Assembly: GCA_044222475.1 (NCBI GenBank)
Contig: JBGANF010000162.1
Span: forward strand, 1-15,870
Origin: Polyangiaceae bacterium
Lineage (GTDB): Bacteria; Myxococcota_A; Polyangia; Polyangiales; Polyangiaceae
Reading direction: 5' to 3'
DNA length: 15,870 bases
Positions within the stretch are counted from its first letter, which is position 1. Every line of letters begins with the position of its first letter. The notes beneath the pieces are model-generated. The model ran no database searches. It was not told where the DNA came from and saw nothing but the letters and a program-made list of their open reading frames with translations. Below are positions 1 through 7,195 of this stretch, piece by piece. A program made the position numbers and the translations under genes.

Positions 1-1181
1 TACATCGCGAACGGTGTCGGCATGAAGAGCGCGACGAACATCGCGAGGGTGAACACGGCGACGACCTTGCGGCCGAAGCCGATGGGCTCGGACCCGGTCG
101 ACGGGTGGTCGAGCAGCGAGTGATCGCGGAGCGTGCCCGACCGCACCTCCATCGCGATGAGAATGCCGAGGTTCACGAACCACGCAATCCAAACGAATGG
201 GCGGTCCGCCCAGTCGCAAAACTGCGTGATCAACAAGAGACCGATGATCATCGCGGCGCGCGTTCGCACGGTGAGCGATCCCTCAGGAAGTTGACCATCG
301 ATCCGCGCTGGCGTGTTCAGCGACCCGAGGATGCAGAGGACTTGAAACCAAAAGAGCCACCAAGCGGAGTTCTCGATGTTCTTCCCGATGTGAGCCAGTC
401 CTTCACCAGCCCGGATGTCGCGAAACATGAAGCTCCCGAGCGAGAGGAAGAAGAAGACGAGGAGAGCGCGATGGATGGTGCGCGCGATCTTGTCCTGGCG
501 TGGCCCGAACAGCGCGTACGCGACGTGGCCGCCGTCGAGTTGGCTCACCGGCAGCAAGTTGAGCATCGTGACGAGCATGCCGCCCCACGCACCGAAAGCG
601 ACGGGATGAAACAAAAGGTCCATTCCTTCCGGAAGCGTCGGTGCGAAGAAGTGATCGAGCACCTTGATCAGAAGGGATTCACCGGCTTGCGGGCTGCCCG
701 TGTACGGGATCATTTTCGAGTGCGCGATGCCCCATGCGTACAGCGGGATCGCAACGAGAAGGCCTCCGATCGGCCCCGACGCACCGATGTCCAGCAGCGC
801 ACGGCGCGTACCAATCGTGCCTCTAAGTCGGATGACGGCGCCCATTGTCCCAAAAGGGGACACGATGGGAAGAGGTATGAAATAGGGCGGGGATGCATCG
901 ACGCGATGAATCTTCGCCGCGACCCAATGCGACAGCTCGTGGACGCTCAGAATGCCCATGAGCGAGCCAGTGAACATGAGGCCGTCGAGTGCAGCTTGGC
1001 GAAGGGGCCGATCGTCGGCACCGAAGATTCGCGGCGCAAACACCTGGGTGAAGAACACGCTCACGAGAGTGGCGACGAACAGGATCCAGTTCAGCCGAAG
1101 CGAGCTCGGCGCGTCGTCAACCGCCGGAGACCTCGCGGAGGGCGGCTGCGAGTCGCTCGAGTTGGACGGGGAGTTGGGCAT
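1..1181 (-). CDS. Site-2 protease family (peptidase M50) intramembrane metalloprotease; runs to the left window edge
   Basis: Absent from the ORF track, translated by hand: MPNSPSNSSDSQPPSARSPAVDDAPSSLRLNWILFVATLVSVFF...ILSVHELSHWVAAKIHRVDASPPYFIPLPIVSPFGTMGAVI...DIGASGPIGG...NLLPVSQLDGGHVA...FMPTPFAM. HExxH at 927-941 and NLLPxxxLDGG at 528-560. The next codon begins TA at the edge and may be the stop. The start at ATG 1181 is uncertain because it overlaps the upstream gene by 65 bp. Confidence 0.93.
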   Translation of the reverse strand, partial: MPNSPSNSSDSQPPSARSPAVDDAPSSLRLNWILFVATLVSVFFTQVFAPRIFGADDRPLRQAALDGLMFTGSLMGILSVHELSHWVAAKIHRVDASPPYFIPLPIVSPFGTMGAVIRLRGTIGTRRALLDIGASGPIGGLLVAIPLYAWGIAHSKMIPYTGSPQAGESLLIKVLDHFFAPTLPEGMDLLFHPVAFGAWGGMLVTMLNLLPVSQLDGGHVAYALFGPRQDKIARTIHRALLVFFFLSLGSFMFRDIRAGEGLAHIGKNIENSAWWLFWFQVLCILGSLNTPARIDGQLPEGSLTVRTRAAMIIGLLLITQFCDWADRPFVWIAWFVNLGILIAMEVRSGTLRDHSLLDHPSTGSEPIGFGRKVVAVFTLAMFVALFMPTPFAM

Positions 1182-1749
1182 CCAGGGTTCCGAGATCCGT
1201 ATGCAGCCGAAGCGACCCCCGCGCAAGCGAGGCATCTTCGCTGACCGTGACGACGAGGGGCGCGAAACGTAGCACCTCCCGCCGCAGGATCGCCGCGTCT
1301 TCGGGGTGGGCGTCGATTCGCGCCGACCGCGCGCCCTGCGCCTCGGCCAACGCCTGCGCTGCGAGCGACGCGACGATCCCCGGCTCGAGCCGGAGCGCTT
1401 CGCCGAGCAGCCGCTCGGCCAACATGCGCGCGAGCGCGATGGATCGATCGAGCGCCCCAGCCGCGTGCGCCTCTTCCCGCGACCGCAGCGCGAGGTACGC
1501 CGCGGTGAAGCGCGCGGCTTCGATCTCGCGCGCTTCGATGCGCGCGCGATCGGCGACACCGGCCGACTGCAAACGGGCGTCCGACTCGATCGCGCTCGCC
1601 AGCTCACGCGCGCGGGCGACGAGCCGGTCGCCTTGCGCCCGGCCGTCGAGCTCTTCGCGGGTGATCTTCGTCCGCCGCGTGGGGCTCACCATCGGCTTCG
1701 GCGCCACCGTGCCGTCGCCTCGAACCACGCGCCCCTTGGTCAGCGCCAT
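1117..1749 (-). CDS. FliH/SctL (HrpE/YscL) family stator-like protein
   Basis: Ala/Arg/Glu-rich helical N-half followed by LAERLLGEAL...IDAHPED...VSEDASLARGSLRLHTDLGTLDAQL...LERL, the typical FliH/SctL C-terminal pattern. Confidence 0.8.
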   Translation of the reverse strand: MALTKGRVVRGDGTVAPKPMVSPTRRTKITREELDGRAQGDRLVARARELASAIESDARLQSAGVADRARIEAREIEAARFTAAYLALRSREEAHAAGALDRSIALARMLAERLLGEALRLEPGIVASLAAQALAEAQGARSARIDAHPEDAAILRREVLRFAPLVVTVSEDASLARGSLRLHTDLGTLDAQLPVQLERLAAALREVSGG

Positions 1750-1952
1750 GGTGCCTCCAACGCATCGAGCGCGCGCTTCACCGCATCGATCTCCGACGCG
1801 ATCAGCCTCGCACGGTCGAGCTTGGATCCGGCCCGAAGGACCCGCACCATCGGTGCGACCTGGTCGGCGCCGCTCGGGGCCAAGTGCGCCGTCGCGCGAT
1901 CGACGTCATCGCCGAGGAACGCACACGTGACGAGGAACGCGCTCTCCCACAT
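1740..1952 (-). CDS. Small hypothetical helical protein (70 aa), coupled to the FliH/SctL gene
   Basis: MWESAFLVTCAFLGDD...LEAPWR. Overlaps the FliH/SctL start by 10 bp; a -10-like TACGCT lies 6 nt upstream of ATG 1952. Confidence 0.65.
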   Translation of the reverse strand: MWESAFLVTCAFLGDDVDRATAHLAPSGADQVAPMVRVLRAGSKLDRARLIASEIDAVKRALDALEAPWR

Positions 1953-2064
1953 CGCGCCAGCGTAGAGCGATGGCAGGGCGGATCCGAGGCCTCCTTTTTC
2001 CGCGGGACGCCGTGCCCCAACTTTCCCCTGCGATCGGGACAATTTGCCGCTAACGTGGCGCCCC

Positions 2065-4131
2065 GTGACTCAAGCCACCCCTCAGCGCACCTTCGTCAGG
2101 TCGGCTCTGCCCAGCACCGATGGCGCCTACGGGCGGGAGCTCTCGTCGATGTGGGGCAACTGGATCTCCCAGTGGCGCGACGTCTTCCAGTCGAAGGGCC
2201 TTCTCTCCGACGTGCTGTCCGGCACGACCGTGGCCGCTGTCGCCCTCCCGCTGAACCTCGCGCTCGCGGTCGCGAGCGGGCTGCCCCCCATCGCCGGGCT
2301 CGTGGCCGGCGCGATCGGCGGCGGGCTCGCCGGCGTCTTCGGCGGATCCCCGCTCCAGGTCACCGGCCCTGCCGCTGCGCTTCAGGTGATGGTGCTCGGC
2401 ATCGCGCTCGAGTTCGGCGCCACGGGTGTGGCCGCCGCCGCGATGATGGTCGGCGTCTTCCAGCTGATCACCGGGCTGACGACCGCGGGCCGCTTCGCGA
2501 AGCTCGTCCCCGAGTCGGTCCTCGCGGGCTTCACCACCGGCGTCGGCCTCAAGCTGCTCGAAGGTCAGGTGCCCGAGCTCCTCGGCTTCGACTACAGCGT
2601 CGGCGAGATCGTCGGCATGATGCACAAGCCGCTCTGGCTGCATCACGTGTCGTGGCTGAGCGTCGTCTGCGGTCTATCGGTCGCGTTGCTCGTCACCTCG
2701 ACGAGCCGCTTCAAGCGCTTCCCCGCCGCGCTGGTCGGCGTTTCGATCGTGACCGGTCTCGCGGTGTACCTCCACTGGGACATCGAGCGCGTCGGCTCGG
2801 TCCCGAACCACTTCCCATCTCCGAAGCTGCCGCTCGTCGCCGACGAGCAGTGGATCGACCTCGGCGCGAAGGTACTCCCGCTCGCGCTCCTCGGCTCGGT
2901 CGAATCTCTGCTCTCCGCGAGCGTCATCGATCGCATGGCCAAGGACGGCCGCAAGCACGACGCCAACGTCGAGCTCGTGGGTCAGGGCATCGCGAACCTC
3001 GGCGTCGGCATCTTCGGCGGCATGCCGGTCACCGGCGTCATCGTCCGCAGCAGCGTCAACGTCCAGAGCGGCGGCAAGACGAAGCTCGCGGCGATCGTCC
3101 ACGCGGGCGTGCTCGGGTGCGCGGTGTTGTTCCTCAGCACGCAGATCGCGCAGGTGCCGCTCGCCGGTCTCGCCGGCCTCCTCTGCGTCATCGCGATTCG
3201 GTTGATCGAGGTGGGCACGCTCATCCACCTGATCAAGGAGAGTAAGCTCGAGGCGCTCGCCTTCCTCGTCACCGCGGCCGGCACGGTCAGCGGGCACCTG
3301 ATGATGGGCCTCGGCACGGGCCTGGCGTTGCACGCCGTGAACCACTTCCTGCACCGGGGCGAGCGCGCGGAGCGAGCGCAGTTCGCGCGCGAGCGCGAAC
3401 GCGGCGTGCGAGCCACGCTGTCGGCCCAGAAGCACGCCATCGCGCGCGAGCCCGGGCACCACGTGCAGGCTCCGAGCGCGCACGAGTGGCTGAGCAACGT
3501 GCGACAGAAGGCGCACCTCGCGCGCAGCGCGTTCGTGCATCAACAGGCGTCGGTCATCGGCAAGGTCGTCCTCGGCGAGAACGTGCACATCGCCGCCGGG
3601 TCGAGCGTGCGAGCCGACGAAGGCTCGCCGTTCTTCATCGGTGACGACTCCAACGTCCAAGACGGAGTGGTCATCCACGCGCTGCGCGACAAGCGGGTCG
3701 TCGTCGGCGGCGAGGAGTGGGCCGTCTACGTCGGCAAGAACGTGTCGATGGCGCACGACGCGTTGATCCACGGCCCCTGCTACGTGGGCGACGACACGTT
3801 CATCGGCTTCAAGGCGGTCGTGCACGACTCGGTCGTCGGGTCGCACTGCTTCATCGGCATCGGCGCGGTCGTCGTCGGCGTGGAGATCCCCGATGGGAAG
3901 TTCGTCCCGCACGGCCGCATCGTCGACAGCAAAGAGGCCGTCGCAGCTCTTCCCGACGTGAGCGACACTCAGCGCGAGTTCAACGAAGACGTCGTCGACG
4001 TGAACCGCGGGCTCGCCGCCGCGTACAACCTCGTTCGCCGTCCGAAGGAGGCTTCGCCGCTCGTGCCCGAGCTCGAGGTGCCTGGCTTCCCCCCCTTCCG
4101 CCGTACGCGCGCGTACGACGATCGATTCTGA
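2065..4131 (+). CDS. SulP/SLC26 anion (probably bicarbonate) transporter fused to a C-terminal gamma-class carbonic anhydrase; no STAS domain
   Basis: SulP motifs DVLSGTTVAAVALPLNLALAVASG, FGGSPLQVTGP, VESLLSA, NVELVGQGIAN...GGMPVTGVIVRSSVNVQSGGKT. From about 3508 to 4029 there is a hexapeptide beta-helix with RADEG, NVQDG and three His (3676, 3754, 3769), then a helix ending VNRGLAAAY. The start could be TTG 2044, GTG 2065 (TAACGT 8 nt upstream) or ATG 2149 (GGGAG upstream). Confidence 0.92.
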   Translation: MTQATPQRTFVRSALPSTDGAYGRELSSMWGNWISQWRDVFQSKGLLSDVLSGTTVAAVALPLNLALAVASGLPPIAGLVAGAIGGGLAGVFGGSPLQVTGPAAALQVMVLGIALEFGATGVAAAAMMVGVFQLITGLTTAGRFAKLVPESVLAGFTTGVGLKLLEGQVPELLGFDYSVGEIVGMMHKPLWLHHVSWLSVVCGLSVALLVTSTSRFKRFPAALVGVSIVTGLAVYLHWDIERVGSVPNHFPSPKLPLVADEQWIDLGAKVLPLALLGSVESLLSASVIDRMAKDGRKHDANVELVGQGIANLGVGIFGGMPVTGVIVRSSVNVQSGGKTKLAAIVHAGVLGCAVLFLSTQIAQVPLAGLAGLLCVIAIRLIEVGTLIHLIKESKLEALAFLVTAAGTVSGHLMMGLGTGLALHAVNHFLHRGERAERAQFARERERGVRATLSAQKHAIAREPGHHVQAPSAHEWLSNVRQKAHLARSAFVHQQASVIGKVVLGENVHIAAGSSVRADEGSPFFIGDDSNVQDGVVIHALRDKRVVVGGEEWAVYVGKNVSMAHDALIHGPCYVGDDTFIGFKAVVHDSVVGSHCFIGIGAVVVGVEIPDGKFVPHGRIVDSKEAVAALPDVSDTQREFNEDVVDVNRGLAAAYNLVRRPKEASPLVPELEVPGFPPFRRTRAYDDRF

Positions 4132-4139
4132 AAGGACCC

Positions 4140-5024
4140 ATGGATCAGCTCGCCATCGCAGTCGGTGTCGTCATCTTTCTCCTCTGGGTGAGCGCCCGGT
4201 GTTGGTTCCGCGTCGACGAAGGCACGACCGCGGTCCTCACCAGCTTCGGCGCCGCGCTGCGCGACGGGAAACGACTGCGCACGTTCACGCCCGGGCTGCA
4301 CTTCAAGATGCCGTGGCAGCACGCGCAGAAGGTCTCGATGAAGGAGCAGAGCTTGCTCCTCTCGGGCGAAGAGGGCGGCCGCACGGCGATGGCCGAGGAC
4401 GGCACGGTTCTACGCTTCGACTCGATCTTGCGCTTCTCTCCCGCAAAAGACGAGCTCGAGGCGTACCTTTTTGGGCTCAAGCGGAAGCGCGAGCACATCA
4501 TCGGGCTCTTCACCTGCTTGCTCCGGAGCGAGATCGCCAACTTCCGCGCACCCGATCCTCCGGGCGGCCCCGTGACGCGCGCGCTGGCGTCGCGGTCCGA
4601 CGGCGGCTCGTACGCGTTGATTCGCCGCGAGCGGCAGCTCCTCAACAAACGCATCGAGTCGTTCGTCATGAACGTCATCGGTCCGAGCTACGGCGTGACG
4701 TTCTCGGCCGTCGACCTCACCGACATCCTCCCTCCGGACGAGCTGGCCGACGCGCTCAACGCGGTTCTCTCCGCCCACTCCGCGGCCGATGCGCTCTACG
4801 CCCACGCCGAGAGCGATTGCCAGCAGCGGATGCTCGCAGCCGAGCGCGGCGTCGAGATCGCCCGCGAGCGGGCGCGCGCCGCCGAGCTCGAGATCTTCAC
4901 GTTGGGCACGTTCCTCGTCGACCTGTCGCGCAACGGCGTCCTCTCGGCGTACGTCGCGCGGCGACGCGCCGAGGTGCTCGCCGAATCGAAGAGCGTTCTC
5001 TTCAACTCCCGGGAGGCAGGATGA
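4140..5024 (+). CDS. SPFH/band-7 domain membrane protein (first of pair, 294 aa)
   Basis: N-terminal TM (LAIAVGVVIFLLWV), then FRVDEGTTAVLTSFG...PGLHFKMPW...YGVTFSAVDLTDILPP and a coiled-coil-like tail. The ATG is 8 nt after the SulP stop with AGGA upstream; the ORF-track extension to 3717 overlaps SulP and is not real. Confidence 0.88.
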   Translation: MDQLAIAVGVVIFLLWVSARCWFRVDEGTTAVLTSFGAALRDGKRLRTFTPGLHFKMPWQHAQKVSMKEQSLLLSGEEGGRTAMAEDGTVLRFDSILRFSPAKDELEAYLFGLKRKREHIIGLFTCLLRSEIANFRAPDPPGGPVTRALASRSDGGSYALIRRERQLLNKRIESFVMNVIGPSYGVTFSAVDLTDILPPDELADALNAVLSAHSAADALYAHAESDCQQRMLAAERGVEIARERARAAELEIFTLGTFLVDLSRNGVLSAYVARRRAEVLAESKSVLFNSREAG

Positions 5025-5926
5025 GCTCCACCGAAGTCTTGCGGTTCGCGACGCTGGCCGCTGGCGGCTTCTTCGCGCCGTGGATCCTCACACGCGCGTT
5101 CCGTGCGTTCACGATCGAAGTCGAAGACGAGGAGGTCGTCCTCGTGACGCATCACGGGAAGCTCGTGAAGACGCTCCGCAAGGCCGGGCTCCACGTCTAC
5201 CCCGAGAAGCTCTTGCCGTGGGTCGAGGTTCGGCGCGTCTCGCTCGCGCGCGACTTTCGCGAGATCGCCAAGATCCACGTCAACGACGCGAGCGGAACGA
5301 GCGTCGTGATCGACCTGTGGCTCGAGTTCCGGATCGTCGACGCCGAGAAGGCGATGTTCGCGGTCGACGATTGGGAGCAGACGTTGGCCAACGTCGTGAG
5401 CCACTCGGCGCTGTCGATCCTGGGCAACCGGGATTTCCAGCAGATCCTGACCGATCGGCGCGAGCTCGGTGAGCTCGTGCGCGAGGACATCTCGGCGGAG
5501 ACGCAACGGTGGGGCGTCTCGGTCGATCTCGTGCTGCTCAAGAACGTGAGCCTCTTGCCCGAGCTTTCGCGGCAGGTGTTCGAGACGGTCGCCGCGCGCC
5601 TCGAACGCGCCAAGGCCGACGTCGAAGAGGACGGTCGCTTGCGCGTCGCGCTCCTCGAAGCACAGACCTCGGCGCGCGTCGCCGAGCTCGTCGCGAAGGC
5701 GAAGGGGCAATACCCGGCGGCGGTGGGCCGAGCGCTCAACGAGCTGAAGCAGTCGCCCGAAGTGTATGCAGCCTACAACGAGCTCTACGAGCTCTCGGTG
5801 CTCAAGCCGCACCGCACGACGGCGTTCGTCGGTTTCGACGCGTTGCGCGCCGAGGACGCGGCGATGATGCTACCGCCGCCGGCGCTGCCGCCGCATCGCA
5901 ACGGGCACGGTCAAGACGGGGAGTGA
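5021..5926 (+). CDS. SPFH/band-7 domain membrane protein (second of pair, 301 aa)
   Basis: Hydrophobic N-terminus, EVEDEEVVLVTHHGK...GLHVYP, VVIDLWLEFRIVDAEKAMFAVDD, WGVSVDLVLLKNV. GGAGG at 5012-5016 and an ATGA start/stop overlap with the previous gene. Confidence 0.9.
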   Translation: MSSTEVLRFATLAAGGFFAPWILTRAFRAFTIEVEDEEVVLVTHHGKLVKTLRKAGLHVYPEKLLPWVEVRRVSLARDFREIAKIHVNDASGTSVVIDLWLEFRIVDAEKAMFAVDDWEQTLANVVSHSALSILGNRDFQQILTDRRELGELVREDISAETQRWGVSVDLVLLKNVSLLPELSRQVFETVAARLERAKADVEEDGRLRVALLEAQTSARVAELVAKAKGQYPAAVGRALNELKQSPEVYAAYNELYELSVLKPHRTTAFVGFDALRAEDAAMMLPPPALPPHRNGHGQDGE

Positions 5927-6762
5927 GGCTCCCCGAAGTAGCGGTCGCCGTCCATGCGGGCGCGTCCGTCTTCGACGAGCTTCTCGAGGTGCATGAGGAG
6001 GCTCATCGTGGCGAAGGGCCACATGAGCTTCGGGGTGTCGGCGTATGCGATCGGGACGAGCTCGTCGGCGGTGGCGCCGCCGGAACCCGCGGCGGCGAGC
6101 GCAGCCGCGACCTTCGCTTCGCGGCCGAGTCGGTGCGTGACGTAGTGACGAAAGAGCTTCGTCGGGTCCTCGATGGGGTCGCCATGCGCCGGGAGGGCGA
6201 CGGCGGCGTCGAGCGCGGCGAGTCGTTCGAGCTGCGCGAGGTACGTCGCCATGTGGCCTTCGCCGGGCGCGATGAGGATCGTGCCGACGCTGGCGACCAT
6301 GTCGCCGACGACGACGGTGCGCTCGGTGCGCTCGAGGAGGCAGAGGTGGCCGACCGCGTGGCCGGGGGTGTGGAGCACCTCCCACCGCTCGGCGATGGGA
6401 CCGGCGAGGTCGATCACATCGCCCTCGACCAGAAGGCGACCGAACGGGGCGTCGACCTTTTGCGCGGTGAGCTCGTGGCCCCATAGGGGAAGCCCAGTTT
6501 CCTTGGCGAGGAACGCCGCCCCGCCGACGTGGTCTTCGTGGTGGTGGGTGACGAAGATGGCCTTGGGGGTTCGCCCCTGGGATGGGAGCGAGGCGACCCA
6601 CTCGAGCCACGCGCGGCGTTCGTCGTCGTAGGGCGTCGCTGGCTCGACCAGGACGACCTCGGCGCTACCGAGGGCGTAGCTGTTCGTATGGGTCGCCGGC
6701 GGGAGGGTCGGCGTGCGGGCGGCGAACGCCACGATCGATCGGCTGACGTCGCGGGGCCGCAT
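5911..6762 (-). CDS. MBL-fold metallo-hydrolase (LACTB2-like, with C-terminal winged-helix extension)
   Basis: TLPPATHTNSY, THHHEDH (HxHxDH), HTPGHAVGH, VGDMV, LPAHG, and HLEKLVEDG at the C-terminus. Start taken at ATG 6762, with TACTAT 9 nt upstream. Confidence 0.9.
   Translation of the reverse strand: MRPRDVSRSIVAFAARTPTLPPATHTNSYALGSAEVVLVEPATPYDDERRAWLEWVASLPSQGRTPKAIFVTHHHEDHVGGAAFLAKETGLPLWGHELTAQKVDAPFGRLLVEGDVIDLAGPIAERWEVLHTPGHAVGHLCLLERTERTVVVGDMVASVGTILIAPGEGHMATYLAQLERLAALDAAVALPAHGDPIEDPTKLFRHYVTHRLGREAKVAAALAAAGSGGATADELVPIAYADTPKLMWPFATMSLLMHLEKLVEDGRARMDGDRYFGEPHSPS
5917..5935. terminator. GC-rich hairpin at the convergent SPFH2/MBL junction (possible bidirectional 3'-end structure)
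   Basis: CGGGGAG-TGAGG-CTCCCCG: 7-bp stem, no U tract. Confidence 0.3.
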
Positions 6763-6827
6763 GGCGGGACCATAGTACCCGAGGCCGGTGTTTCCCAATG
6801 TTCTCGCGGGAGGCGCGTCCAAGCGCC

Positions 6828-7190
6828 ATGCGTCGACTGCGCGTGGTTCGGCCTTGTCCCGAGATCCCCGAGGGGCTCGAGGCTTCACTCGACCGGGACG
6901 GGAGCGGATTCTGCGACCGTTGCGGCGAGACCGTCGTCGACCTCACCCGACCGGGTGCCCAGGTCCCCCTCGGCCGCGCCGGCCGAACGTGCGCCCGGGT
7001 CCTCGTGAGCGCGGCGCTCGTCGCCACCGCCACCGCGTGCAGCTCCAGCGCCGCGGGACCGGACACCCAACCGCCAGTCGTCGTCGTGACCCCGCCCCGC
7101 CCCGACGCCGGCCCGCTCGACGACCGCTTGTACATGGTCGGCGAGATCGACGTCGAGCCCACACCACCCCCACCGCCCAAGCAGCACTGA
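6828..7190 (+). CDS. Hypothetical protein: N-terminal C-x18-CxxC-x22-C motif, hydrophobic segment with lipobox-like ATAC, Pro-rich tail
   Basis: MRRLRVVRPCPE...GFCDRCGETVVDLT...TCARVLVSAALVATATACSSS...DAGP...MVGEI...PPPPPKQH; fills the gap between two minus-strand genes. Confidence 0.7.
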   Translation: MRRLRVVRPCPEIPEGLEASLDRDGSGFCDRCGETVVDLTRPGAQVPLGRAGRTCARVLVSAALVATATACSSSAAGPDTQPPVVVVTPPRPDAGPLDDRLYMVGEIDVEPTPPPPPKQH

Positions 7191-7195
7191 CGGCC

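Noticed and set aside
105..1244. 379-aa plus-strand ORF
   Set aside because: Antisense shadow of the M50 protease, whose motifs are clear on the minus strand; no recognisable features.
3508..4131. Carboxysome locus (ccmM) interpretation
   Set aside because: No RbcS-like repeats, BMC shell genes or RuBisCO in the window; the domain is fused to a transporter.
3717..5020. Long N-terminal extensions of the SPFH ORFs (from 3717 and 4199) suggesting frameshift fusions
   Set aside because: The extensions are Arg-rich alternative frames of upstream genes; each SPFH gene has its own RBS-like motif and ATG, and no slippery site was seen.
5911..6762. MBL gene as an antibiotic-resistance beta-lactamase or defence nuclease
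   Set aside because: No signal peptide, LACTB2-like architecture, and no defence or mobile context.
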